A stretch of 64,000 bases of DNA from an uncultured delta proteobacterium (GTDB lineage: Bacteria; Desulfobacterota; Binatia; Binatales; Binataceae). The stretch is taken from contig CAVQEQ010000003.1 in assembly GCA_963711565.1 (NCBI GenBank), forward strand, positions 520,958 to 584,957, read 5' to 3'. Each line of letters starts with the position of its first letter. Within the stretch, counting starts at the first letter, position 1. Below are positions 17,890 to 27,054 of this stretch, piece after piece. Made by a program: the position numbers and the translations under genes. The notes beneath the pieces were generated by a model. It made no database searches. It worked only from the letters and a program-made list of their open reading frames with translations, and was not told the DNA's origin.

Positions 17890-19176
17890 TTGGGCGAGAA
17901 CAACAAGGTCGTAATTATCGGCGCGAACGGGACGATGGGCGCGGGCGCGGGATGCGTCTTCGCGGGCGCCGGTTACAACGTCACGATGCTGGCGCGGTCG
18001 CCGGGCAAGGCGGCGGAAGGATTGACGGATGCGCAGAACGACGCGCGCGCGGAGGCGATCGCGGAGAGAATCTCGATCGGCGCCTACGACGCCGACCTCG
18101 GCCGCACGGTCGGCGAGGCAGCGATTGTGTTCGAGTCGCTCGCCGAAGATCTGCCGCTCAAGAAACAGTTCTTCGAGCTGATCGACAAGAGCCGGCGTCC
18201 TGACGCGATTATCGCGACCGGATCGTCGGGGCTGTCGATCGCGGAGATGGCGCGCGGGCGGAGCGAGTCGTTCCGCCGCAACTTCCTCGGCGTGCATCTG
18301 TTCAATCCGCCGCACGTGATTGTCGGCACTGAAGTGATTCCGGGACCGGATACCGATCCCGCAGTCGTGAAGAACGTGGTCGCGATACTGACCAAGCGGC
18401 TCGGCCGCAAGGTGATCGTCACCAAAGATATGCCGGCGTTTGTCGGCAATCGCGTCGGCTTCAAAGTATTGAACGAGACTGCGCAACTCGCGGCAGAGCA
18501 CGGCGTCGCGTACATCGACTATCTGATCGGACCGCATACCGGGCGCGCGATGGCGCCGCTGGCGACTGTCGATCTCGTCGGCTGGGACGTGCACAAGGCG
18601 ATCGTCGACAACGTCCATGCGAATTGTAAAGACGAGGCGCACGAATCGTTCGCGATGCCCGCGTACATGAACGCGGCGATGCGCCACGGATGCCTCGGCG
18701 ACAAGACGCCCGAGCGTGGCGGTTTCTATCGTCGCGCGGGCAAGGAAGTTTTCGTGCTCGATCCGAAAACCGGCGGCCACGAGAAATTCGCGAAGCCCGC
18801 GCCGATCGAGTTCGTCGAAAAGATGAAACAGTTGCATCATGTGGGTCGCTACGCCGACGCGTTGAAGGTCCTCGCCGAGGCGCAGGGGGCGGACGCCGAC
18901 CTGTGCCGGCGCGTGGTGCTCGGTTACGTCAGCTATGCGCTGAACCGCGTCGGCGAAGTAGCGGCGAGCGCGGCCGACGTGGACACGATCATGTCGTACG
19001 GCTTCAACTGGGCGCCGCCGACGGCGATCGTCGATCTGATCGGCGCGAAGGACACCGTGGCGATGCTGCAAAAGCTGAAGCTCACGGTGCCCAAAACCGT
19101 CGAGCAAGCCGCGTCGCGCGATGCTAAAATGTTTACAGGCGGCGTACTCGAATACGGCCGGACTTTTGTCGGGTGA
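17890..19176 (+). CDS. 3-hydroxyacyl-CoA dehydrogenase family protein
   Basis: Rossmann motif VVIIGANGTMGAGAGCVF. 3HCDH_N and 3HCDH_C segments (FNPPHVI, VNRV). TTG start. Confidence 0.7.
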   Translation: MGENNKVVIIGANGTMGAGAGCVFAGAGYNVTMLARSPGKAAEGLTDAQNDARAEAIAERISIGAYDADLGRTVGEAAIVFESLAEDLPLKKQFFELIDKSRRPDAIIATGSSGLSIAEMARGRSESFRRNFLGVHLFNPPHVIVGTEVIPGPDTDPAVVKNVVAILTKRLGRKVIVTKDMPAFVGNRVGFKVLNETAQLAAEHGVAYIDYLIGPHTGRAMAPLATVDLVGWDVHKAIVDNVHANCKDEAHESFAMPAYMNAAMRHGCLGDKTPERGGFYRRAGKEVFVLDPKTGGHEKFAKPAPIEFVEKMKQLHHVGRYADALKVLAEAQGADADLCRRVVLGYVSYALNRVGEVAASAADVDTIMSYGFNWAPPTAIVDLIGAKDTVAMLQKLKLTVPKTVEQAASRDAKMFTGGVLEYGRTFVG

Positions 19177-19245
19177 TGGAATTCCCGGGTTGGATGATTA
19201 GATTAGTTGCCGTATGATTACGCTCATAATCAATAGGAGGGCGCG

Positions 19246-20481
19246 ATGACGAAGCCAGCGCCGGTGTACGTATTGGGCGGAGCGCAAACCGACTTTGCCC
19301 GCAACTGGACCAAGGAAGGAAAGCATTTCGTGGCGATGATGCGCGAGGCCACCCTGGCCGCGCTCGAAGCCACGCGGATCGAGCCGCGCGAAGTCGAGAC
19401 CGCTCACGTCGGCAACTTCGCCGCCGAACTTTACGCCAAGCAGGGTCACATCGGCGCATTTTTCGTCGAGGTCGATCCGGCGTTTTCGGGACTGCCGACG
19501 AGCCGGCATGAGGCGGCGTGTGCGTCGGGCTCGATCGCGCTGATTGCAGCGTCGGCCGAGATTGAAGCCGCGCGCTACGACCTGGCGTGCGTGGTCGGCG
19601 TCGAACAGATGAAAACCGTCGATTCGACCACCGGCGGCGACTATCTCGGGACCGCGGCGTGGTACGAGCGTGAGGCCAAGGGAATTGAGTTCCCGTTCCC
19701 GAAACTGTTCGGCCGGCTTGGCGACGAGTACGACAAACGCTACGGCCTGAAGGACGAGCATCTCGCGCACATTTCGGCGGTGAATTATTCCAACGCCAAG
19801 CGCAATCCGAATGCGCAGACCCGCAACTGGTTCATGAGCGAGAGTCACGCGCAGCACGAAAGCAAGTTCAACCAGGTCATCGGCGGCCGGATCAAAGTGA
19901 GCGATTGCTCGCAGGTCACCGACGGCTCGGTCGCGGTTTTCCTCGCGTCGGAAAAGTTTGCGAGCGCGTGGGCCAAGCGCAACGGCAAGACGCTCGCGGA
20001 TATTCCGCGCATCCTTGGCTGGGGCCATCATACGGCGCCGCTCGAATTCGACACCAAGGTGGCGGAGAGCCGCGACAACGCGTACGTGCTGCCGCATACT
20101 CGGCAGGCGATTCTCGACGCCTTCAAGCGCGCGGAGATCGGGACGGTGGCCGAGCTCTCGGGAATCGAGACGCACGACTGCTTCACCACGTCGGAGTACA
20201 TGGCGATCGACCATTTCGGAATCACCAAGCCGGGCGAATCGTGGAAGGCGGTCGAGGAAGGCGTGATCGAGCTCGGCGGCAAGCTGCCGATCAATCCGAG
20301 CGGCGGGCTGATTGGCGCGGGCCATCCGGTGGGCGCGACCGGAGTGCGCCAGATGCTCGATTGTCATCGACAAATCACGCATAGCGCGGGCGACTATCAA
20401 GTCGAAGGCGCAAAGAAATTCGCGATGCTGAACATCGGCGGCAGCGGCACCACCAGCTGCGTATTCATCGTCGGCAAGTAA
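19246..20481 (+). CDS. Thiolase-fold acyl-CoA acetyl/acyl-transferase (SCP-x-type thiolase-like)
   Basis: Active-site Cys segment AACASGSIAL. C-terminal thiolase domain with GHPVGATG. Confidence 0.7.
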   Translation: MTKPAPVYVLGGAQTDFARNWTKEGKHFVAMMREATLAALEATRIEPREVETAHVGNFAAELYAKQGHIGAFFVEVDPAFSGLPTSRHEAACASGSIALIAASAEIEAARYDLACVVGVEQMKTVDSTTGGDYLGTAAWYEREAKGIEFPFPKLFGRLGDEYDKRYGLKDEHLAHISAVNYSNAKRNPNAQTRNWFMSESHAQHESKFNQVIGGRIKVSDCSQVTDGSVAVFLASEKFASAWAKRNGKTLADIPRILGWGHHTAPLEFDTKVAESRDNAYVLPHTRQAILDAFKRAEIGTVAELSGIETHDCFTTSEYMAIDHFGITKPGESWKAVEEGVIELGGKLPINPSGGLIGAGHPVGATGVRQMLDCHRQITHSAGDYQVEGAKKFAMLNIGGSGTTSCVFIVGK

Positions 20482-20505
20482 GCGCGCGCGATTTTCGAAT
20501 TGTCG

Positions 20506-20541
20506 AAGCGGCGGTCCCGAAAGGATCGCCGCTTTTCTTTT
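20506..20541 (+). terminator. Rho-independent terminator after the thiolase gene
   Basis: gcggcggtcc-cgaaa-ggatcgccgc stem-loop followed by ttttctttt. Confidence 0.7.
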
Positions 20542-20585
20542 GATTCCTGATTGGCTCGCGCTTGGCGGCGCGGCACAATTGCCGG

Positions 20586-21500
20586 ATGCCCAGGAAAACT
20601 CCGTTCATCCTTGTCGATGTGTTCACCTCGCGGCCGTTCGGCGGCAATCAGCTCGCCGTGTTCACCGAAGGCGCCGCACTCAGCGCGAGCGAGATGCAGG
20701 AGCTGGCGCATGAGATGAACTTCAGCGAATCGACGTTCGTGATGCCGCCCGATTCTTCGGGCGCGCGACGCGTTAGGATTTTCACGCCGACGGTGGAGGT
20801 TCCAATGGCCGGGCATCCTACGGTCGGCACCGCCTGGGTGCTCGCGAGTCGTGGCGAGATCGCGCTCAAATCTGCAAGCGTCGATGCGACCTTGCATCTC
20901 GGGATTGGGCCGGTGACGGTCACGGTCGAGAGCACCGGCGGCAAGCCGGATTTTGTCTGGATGGCGCATCGCGAGGCGGAGTTCGGCGCGAAGCGAACAG
21001 ATGTCGAGCGGTTCGCGGCGGCGCTCGGAATCGCTCCGACGGATATCCGCAGTGACCTGCCGATCCAGATCGTGTCGACCGGCTTTCCGTTCGTTTTTGT
21101 CCCGCTTCGCAGTATCGAAGCGCTCGGCAGATGCTATCCCAACAAGGCCGCCATCGCGGCGCTGTTCAAGGCGGGGCCGCGGGAGCAGCCGCCTCTCATA
21201 TATATGTTTGTCGCAGGGCAGTCGGGCGAATTCTCGGTTCGGTCGCGGATGTTCGCGCCGTTTAACGGCATTGCGGAGGACCCCGCGACCGGCAGCGCCG
21301 CGGCTCCATTCGGCGCGTACGCCGCGACTTATGGATTAATCAAGCCCGCGCCCAAGACTGAATTCCTGATTCAGCAAGGCGTCGAGATGGGACGGCCGAG
21401 CGAGATTCGCGTCGAGGTTACGCGCAAGGAGAGCGGCGCGTTCGCGATTCGAATCGGCGGGCGATGCGCGATCGTCGGCGAAGGTTCGATGTTCCTCTAA
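20586..21500 (+). CDS. PhzF-family (phenazine-biosynthesis-like) isomerase
   Basis: FILVDVFTSRPFGGNQLAVF and GHPTVGTAWVL segments are typical of PhzF/DAP-epimerase-fold proteins. Confidence 0.7.
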   Translation: MPRKTPFILVDVFTSRPFGGNQLAVFTEGAALSASEMQELAHEMNFSESTFVMPPDSSGARRVRIFTPTVEVPMAGHPTVGTAWVLASRGEIALKSASVDATLHLGIGPVTVTVESTGGKPDFVWMAHREAEFGAKRTDVERFAAALGIAPTDIRSDLPIQIVSTGFPFVFVPLRSIEALGRCYPNKAAIAALFKAGPREQPPLIYMFVAGQSGEFSVRSRMFAPFNGIAEDPATGSAAAPFGAYAATYGLIKPAPKTEFLIQQGVEMGRPSEIRVEVTRKESGAFAIRIGGRCAIVGEGSMFL

Positions 21501-21527
21501 CGCGCGGGCGCGGCTATTGTTGTGAGT

Positions 21528-22112
21528 ATGGACGATCGCCATATTCCGTCGGTCGGCGAGAAGGCTCCCGAGTTTGCGCTCGCGGACTCGACCGGCGTGG
21601 TGCGCCGGCTCGACCACCTGGTCGCCGGCGGATTGTGCGTCGTCGTTTTCTATCGCGGACATTGGTGACCGTTCTGCCTCCGCCAGTTGGCGGACTACTC
21701 GAAGCATCTCGAGGATTTTCGCGCGGCCGGCGCCGAGCTGGTCGCGATCTCGGTTGACGACGCCGCTCGCGCGGAGCCGGTGCGCCAGGAGCTTGGCGTC
21801 AAATTTCCGCTGCTGTGCGACACGCGGCGCGAGGTCGTCAAGACGTACGGCCTGCTGAACAGCGGAGAGAAAGGCGGAATAGCATTCCCCGCTTCATTTG
21901 TGATCGATCGCGAGCGCGTCGTGCGTTTCCGCGCGCTCGAAGAAGTCGTACCGCGCGTCAACGTGGACCAATTACTCGAACTCGTCCGTGACCTTGGCAA
22001 GGGCGTCGAATCGCAAACCAAACCGCGCACGCGCGGCGTCTTTCCCGGACTGATGTTCCTGCAGGCGACCATGAACGCGCTTCGGCACGGCGTCCGTTCG
22101 CCAAATAAATAA
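21528..22112 (+). CDS. Redoxin/AhpC-TSA (thioredoxin-fold) protein with in-frame TGA at a UxxC position; candidate selenoprotein
   Basis: Continuous reading frame from the ATG at 21528 to the TAA at 22112, except for one TGA at 21666-21668. The context VVFYRGHW-TGA-PFCLRQL matches redoxin FxxxWCPxC motifs, with TGA replacing the first Cys. The downstream part (LVAISVDD...FPLLCD...) is a normal redoxin C-terminus. Confidence 0.55.
21680..21693 (+). promoter_or_regulatory. Candidate bacterial SECIS hairpin (CCGCC-AGUU-GGCGG) 11 nt downstream of the in-frame UGA
   Basis: Perfect 5-bp GC stem with a 4-nt loop containing GU. The spacing from the UGA falls in the range used by bacterial Sec-insertion elements. 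Confidence 0.45.
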
Positions 22113-22160
22113 CTTTCCGTTCGGGCTCGCCGAGCCTATGATTCAGCGGATGAGGTCTGC

Positions 22161-23426
22161 ATGAATCGTCGATATATTGTCGCGCTTTCGTTTCTTCTTG
22201 CCTTCGGACTCATCGCGTGCGCGGGCGGCGGTGTGACCGAAACGCCGCCGGTCTTCGTCACGAGTCCGCAAGGGAACCGCGTCGAGGCGCTCGCGATGAC
22301 CACGCCGCGGGCGAACGCCGCCGCGATTCGGCTGCGCGATGGACGCGTGCTGATTTGCGGCGGCACCGCAACCGGACAAATCGGCGGCGTGCTGTCGAGC
22401 GCCGAGCTGTACGACCCGGTCGCGCGCACCTTCACTCCCACCGGTTCGATGACGGTGCCGCGCACCGGACAGACGATCACGCTGCTGCAGGACGGGCGCG
22501 TGCTGCTCACGGGCGGAGACAAGAACGCCGGCTATCGATCGCAACTCGCCAGTGCGGAGATTTACGATCCATCGACAGGCACCTTCAGCGCGACCGGCTC
22601 GATGTCAACGCCGCGCGAAGGGCATACCGCAACCTTACTTCGCGACGGGCAGGTGCTGGTCGCGGGCGGCAGCCCCAACGGCATCCAGACGACGGGTAGC
22701 GCCGAGATTTACGATCCAGCGAGCGGGACGTTTCTCCGCACGGGCCATCTGCATCAGCCGCGCGTCGCGCATGTCGCCGCGCTGCTCGGCACGGGCCAGG
22801 TCTTGATCGCCGGCGGCGGCCGTGGCGGCATGCCGGGCGGATACATCTCGTACGACACGGCGGAAACGTATGACCCGGCGACGGGCAGGTTTACGACGGT
22901 GTTCGCGCACATGAAGAGCGATCGCGTCGGCGCGGCCGCGGTCAGACTCAACGATGGGCGCGTGCTGATCGTCGGCGGCAAGAGCGGCAAAGTCATCGTC
23001 GGCATGCGCACTCTCGCGTCGATGGCGCCGCTTAACACCGCGGAGATTTACGATCCTGAATTGGGCACCTTCATCAGGACCGGCGACATGAGCGCGCCGC
23101 ATTACCTGGCGACCGCGACGACGCTCGACAACGGCAATGTACTCGTCGTTGGCGGATGGACAATCAGGGGGCCGATCGTGGTCGGGATGCGCGACGCTGA
23201 AGTCTTCATGCCGGAAACGAACGTGTTCTCGCACGTGGGACAAACCAACGTCGCGCGCCTTACGAACACGGCGACCCTGCTGAACGACGGCGAGGTATTG
23301 ATCGCCGGCGGCCTAGCAGACAAGGCGTTGGTGACGGCGTCGGTGGAATTCTATTCGCCGAGGCAGCATCGGTTCCTGATGATTCCCGAGTCGAGCGGCG
23401 GTGCATCGTCTACGCTGGCACAATAA
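22161..23426 (+). CDS. Kelch-repeat beta-propeller lipoprotein
   Basis: Lipobox LIAC in the signal peptide. Seven or more Kelch-like repeats (RxxxxxxLLxDGRVLxxGG ... AEIYDP). Confidence 0.7.
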   Translation: MNRRYIVALSFLLAFGLIACAGGGVTETPPVFVTSPQGNRVEALAMTTPRANAAAIRLRDGRVLICGGTATGQIGGVLSSAELYDPVARTFTPTGSMTVPRTGQTITLLQDGRVLLTGGDKNAGYRSQLASAEIYDPSTGTFSATGSMSTPREGHTATLLRDGQVLVAGGSPNGIQTTGSAEIYDPASGTFLRTGHLHQPRVAHVAALLGTGQVLIAGGGRGGMPGGYISYDTAETYDPATGRFTTVFAHMKSDRVGAAAVRLNDGRVLIVGGKSGKVIVGMRTLASMAPLNTAEIYDPELGTFIRTGDMSAPHYLATATTLDNGNVLVVGGWTIRGPIVVGMRDAEVFMPETNVFSHVGQTNVARLTNTATLLNDGEVLIAGGLADKALVTASVEFYSPRQHRFLMIPESSGGASSTLAQ

Positions 23427-23507
23427 AGGCGCCATCTCTCTCTAAGGTTCACGCTGATCGGCGAAACAAACTAAGAATCGTTACGGAGGCCGGTACGTGC
23501 ATTCGTT

Positions 23508-23819
23508 TCACTTGGGGGCGCGCTTGGCGATTCGGTCCAGCATCAGGAAGAAGAGCGCCGCGACCAAAACCGCGACGCTTACTACTTCGTATGGGAACAA
23601 ATAGTCGAAATCCTGCGCCAGTCCCACCAACCTTCGATGCCACATAAGCACGAGGAACAATGCCGACGAGCACAGCAAGTAGATGCTCAACCGCGCTACG
23701 AAAGGTAGCGACTTCCAGCTGGAACGCGGGAACTTCGCGTTGAGACTCGCTCCGCATCGCGTGCAGAACGCCGAGCGCGAACTACGGCTCGCGGAGCCGC
23801 AGCGGGTGCAGAAACTCAC
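23508..23819 (-). CDS. Double zinc-ribbon membrane protein (2 TM), unknown function
   Basis: CTRCGSASRSSRSAFCTRCG motif (Cx2Cx12Cx2C) followed by two hydrophobic helices. Confidence 0.5.
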   Translation of the reverse strand: MSFCTRCGSASRSSRSAFCTRCGASLNAKFPRSSWKSLPFVARLSIYLLCSSALFLVLMWHRRLVGLAQDFDYLFPYEVVSVAVLVAALFFLMLDRIAKRAPK

Positions 23820-23891
23820 GCGATTCCCGCGTGACTGAGATTCATGGTCGGAGAGTTAAGCAAAATGCCGCGGGACCGGCAAATGGCGAGC

Positions 23892-24377
23892 CTACTGAAC
23901 CCGCTTCACACGATAGTCGTGTGCTCCGCGCCCGTGCCATGTCTTGCGGGAACGGTGCGAAAGGAATTGACGCCTCTCTAGTTCGGTGATCGCTTTGCGT
24001 GCCGCGCCGCGCGATATGCCCGTGCTCCTGGCGATTGTCTCAAGCCGCGAGTGAGACGAGCCGAATGCGTACACGATTCCGGCGAGATAGATGTAAACGC
24101 GCTTGGCGTTCTCGCTGACGGGCGCTGCCAAAATCGGCGAGTTGTGCGGGTCGCTTGCGTCGGCCAGCCATCGCCGAAAGCCCAACAACGAAGCAATCAA
24201 CGTGACTAGAGTCTTGGGTCGCGCCGGCCCGCTTCGTCCGCCGATAACGTAAAGACGATCAGGCGTTGGGTCTGTTTTCCGATTGTGATGAAGTGCGACG
24301 ATCTTGCCGCCACAACGCGAACAGAACTCTGCTCCGTTATTCGGCGGCTCGAAGCCGCAGCGTGGGCAGCGAATCAT
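23892..24377 (-). CDS. Zinc-ribbon plus winged-helix (HTH) protein, putative regulator
   Basis: N-terminal CPRCG...CSRCG zinc ribbon. C-terminal HTH-like segment SHSRLETIARSTGISRGAARKAITELERRQFL. Confidence 0.45.
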   Translation of the reverse strand: MIRCPRCGFEPPNNGAEFCSRCGGKIVALHHNRKTDPTPDRLYVIGGRSGPARPKTLVTLIASLLGFRRWLADASDPHNSPILAAPVSENAKRVYIYLAGIVYAFGSSHSRLETIARSTGISRGAARKAITELERRQFLSHRSRKTWHGRGAHDYRVKRVQ

Positions 24378-24567
24378 TCAGTCTGGTGAGCTAGCAAACC
24401 GCCGCGCGGCCGACAAATAGCGGACAGAATTCTCTTCGCGATGATGACTGGTCACCATGCCGGGCCGTCCTGGAACCGATTCGCGGCAACCTAACCCCCC
24501 AGCCCCTTCCCTCGAGGGAAGGGGAGCAATCGCGGAAGGGAAGCGGAACGCGGCGCTCAAGAAATAG

Positions 24568-26235
24568 CTATCGGATCAAGCTCGAGGTCGATTCGGCGAC
24601 GTCGGTGACCATCTTGCCGGTGGCGGAGAAGGTCGCGGCCGCCGGATCGTAGAGGTCGGCGAAGTTTGTTCTGCCGCCGGCAATCAACGCGCTGCCGCTG
24701 TCGAGCACGGTCGCAGTCGCGCCGACGTGGAGATTGCGCATCGAGCCGGTGGCGGAGAAGGTAGCGTGGGCGGGATCGAAAAGTTCAGCGCTCTGTAGAA
24801 ATTCCGTGTCGCTGCTCTGACCGCCCGCGATCAGCACCTTGCCACTGGCCAGCAATACAGCGGATTGAAAGGTGCGCGCCGTGGTCATCGCGCCCACCGG
24901 TGAAAATGCCGCGGTCTGAGGATTGAAAACTTCAGCACTGTCGGTTGGGGCGCTCGCGTCGCTGCCGCCTGCAACAAGTACGGAGCCGGCGAGCGTGCCC
25001 GTGACGACGCTCGGCGAAAGCCAGGTCGCGCTGTGATTCTCGCGCGGCGTACTCATCGTGCCGGTCGAAGTGAACTGGCCGGTGGCAGGGTCGTAGAGTT
25101 CCGCCGTGGCGACATCGCCACCGCTCTCATCGCTGGTGCCGCCCGCGATAAGTACGTTTCCGGCGAGCGGACCGCTGGCAATCAGCGTGGCCGAATGACG
25201 CGCGCGCGTCGCCTTCATCGCGCCGGTCGCGGTGAACTTGCCGGTGGCCGGGTCGTACAGCTCCGCGCTCCTGAGAGTCGAGCCGAGCGAGCCTGTCGCC
25301 AACGTCCCACCGGCAATCAATACTTCGCCGTCGGCGGGGCAATTGCATCCGGAAATCAGCGTCGCGGTATGTTCGGCGCGCGCGGTGTCCATCGTCGAAG
25401 CGAGCGCTGAAAATTTTCCGCTGACAGGATTGTACAATTCAGCCGACGACAGCGCGCGGCCGGAAGCGCCCTCGCCGCCCGCGACCAGGATTTCGCCGTC
25501 GGACAACACGGTCGCCGTGTGATCCGCGCGCGCATCCTTCATCGAGGAGGCGGCTGCGAACGCGTTTTTGGCGGGGTCGAACAGCTCGGCGCTCGAGAGC
25601 GCAAACTGGCCGCCGCCCTGCCCGCCCGCCAGCAGCACGAAACCGTTATGCGACACCGAAGCGGGATGTGCCGCCGGCGAAGCGCCCGCGGGTTTCGATG
25701 CAGCCGCAGGATTGGCCGCGGGCGAGGTGCTTGGCGAGGTGCCCGCCGAAGTCGGCAGTGAGCCTCCCGTCGGTGAAGTCAGCGGCGCCGAGACGCCGCC
25801 GACCGCGCTCATCGCAACCGGGCCCGCGCCTTGAGCGTTGGCGCCGCTGACAGGAGCGCCGCTGCCCTGATCATTCCACACTCCGGACGACGGTGGCGGC
25901 GGCTCAGGATTTTCTTGCGGCAAATCCGGAACCATCACGACCAACGACGAGTCGGTCGATTTATTTTTCGGTGAAGGCCGCGCGAATCCGATCTGCTTGG
26001 GCAGAGCGCTAGCGACAGGGGACGCGTGACTCGGATGGGTCGCGCCGCTCGATGCTGCCAATCGCGGTGCCGATGCGTCGGCGGAAAGCGTCGGCGCCGA
26101 TGGAATCGAACCGAAGTGAGGACGAGGCGGCTGGCCGCGATCGAACGCGATCAATACGGCTACGGCGCTCGCGGCGATCACTCCGCCGGCAAGCAACGCA
26201 TCGCGCATCAGCGGTCGGTCTCTCAATCCAGCCAT
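24568..26235 (-). CDS. Membrane-anchored Kelch-repeat beta-propeller protein with Pro/Ser/Ala-rich stalk
   Basis: N-terminal TM anchor, a ~180-aa low-complexity linker, then 8+ Kelch-like repeats (SAELYDPATGKFTATGAM...). Paralogous to 22161-23426. Confidence 0.65.
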   Translation of the reverse strand: MAGLRDRPLMRDALLAGGVIAASAVAVLIAFDRGQPPRPHFGSIPSAPTLSADASAPRLAASSGATHPSHASPVASALPKQIGFARPSPKNKSTDSSLVVMVPDLPQENPEPPPPSSGVWNDQGSGAPVSGANAQGAGPVAMSAVGGVSAPLTSPTGGSLPTSAGTSPSTSPAANPAAASKPAGASPAAHPASVSHNGFVLLAGGQGGGQFALSSAELFDPAKNAFAAASSMKDARADHTATVLSDGEILVAGGEGASGRALSSAELYNPVSGKFSALASTMDTARAEHTATLISGCNCPADGEVLIAGGTLATGSLGSTLRSAELYDPATGKFTATGAMKATRARHSATLIASGPLAGNVLIAGGTSDESGGDVATAELYDPATGQFTSTGTMSTPRENHSATWLSPSVVTGTLAGSVLVAGGSDASAPTDSAEVFNPQTAAFSPVGAMTTARTFQSAVLLASGKVLIAGGQSSDTEFLQSAELFDPAHATFSATGSMRNLHVGATATVLDSGSALIAGGRTNFADLYDPAAATFSATGKMVTDVAESTSSLIR

Positions 26236-26310
26236 CGCAGCAAACCCCCTCGCGAGCGATTCCCCGATGAGATTAACGAGATGCTAGTATGATTGCGCGC
26301 AATGAGGAAG

Positions 26311-26724
26311 TCACCACGATGGGGTGCGGGCGGCGAGGTTCCAGAATTCGCGTGGACTAATGATGCGCAGAGCTTTGGACTTTTTCTTCAGCGCGAGCAT
26401 CTCGTGATCGCCGGTAATCAAAATTTCCGCTTTTGCGTTGATCGCCGAAGCGACAACCATCAGATCGTTTCGTTCGCTTAGATCCAGATCGGGCAGGCGG
26501 TGTGGCCTGGGCTCAACATGATAACCGCGAAGGAACCTCTCGTGCCCCTTCACGATATCCGCCGGCATGCCGAACTTTTTGCTCCGCGCTCGACGTAATT
26601 CCTCGATCACTACTTCGCCGGTTACCAACTCGTAATCCTCGATTATCCGCTGCAACACCTCCGCGCACAGGCCGCGCGTACCGAAGGCGCTTGCGAGTAC
26701 GTTAGTGTCGAGGAAGACCCTCAC
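26311..26724 (-). CDS. vapC: PIN-domain toxin VapC (type II TA)
   Basis: N-terminal FLDTNVL and conserved acidic residues (ITGD). 4-nt overlap with the upstream RHH gene. Confidence 0.8.
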   Translation of the reverse strand: MRVFLDTNVLASAFGTRGLCAEVLQRIIEDYELVTGEVVIEELRRARSKKFGMPADIVKGHERFLRGYHVEPRPHRLPDLDLSERNDLMVVASAINAKAEILITGDHEMLALKKKSKALRIISPREFWNLAARTPSW

Positions 26725-26951
26725 GAGACGCTATCGAAAACGTCCTCGTCCGTGAGAAAGCCATGCGCGGCAGCATACGGCATCGTTTGACGGCGCAGTT
26801 GTTGGAATCGCATTACCGCGAGATGCCGCTTGAGCGCCGCGCGGATGACGTCGCTTCGCGTGCGTCCCGAACGTTTGCAGACTTCATCCAGAATTGGCGC
26901 CAACTCGTCGTCGATTCGGACGGTGATAGTGTTTCCCTTCATGTGTGACAT
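26721..26951 (-). CDS. vapB: Ribbon-helix-helix (CopG-type) antitoxin VapB
   Basis: 76 aa. The N-terminus ITVRIDDELAPILDEVCKRSGRTRSDVIRAALKRHL is an RHH motif. It sits upstream of and overlaps the PIN gene. Confidence 0.7.
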   Translation of the reverse strand: MSHMKGNTITVRIDDELAPILDEVCKRSGRTRSDVIRAALKRHLAVMRFQQLRRQTMPYAAAHGFLTDEDVFDSVS

Positions 26952-27054
26952 GGTAACACATCCGGATCGATGTTGCCAAGTGTGAGGCAGAGCGGCAGGA
27001 CGGGTTTATTTGGGGGCGCTTGCGTGATGAAATCTCCTGGCGAGATCGGAGGCA

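Noticed and set aside
17869-19107. 412-aa ORF antisense to the 3-hydroxyacyl-CoA dehydrogenase gene
   Set aside because: No motifs and a GC-frame artefact. The sense frame has a Rossmann fold and 3HCDH signatures.
19198-20400. 400-aa ORF antisense to the thiolase gene
   Set aside because: Same reasoning. The thiolase active-site Cys motif supports the plus strand.
21666-21668. Interpreting the in-frame TGA in the redoxin simply as a pseudogene stop
   Set aside because: It is not fully rejected. It is disfavoured because the stop falls precisely at the first Cys of the CxxC motif and a GU-loop hairpin follows at SECIS spacing. It remains the main alternative; see the would_refute entries.
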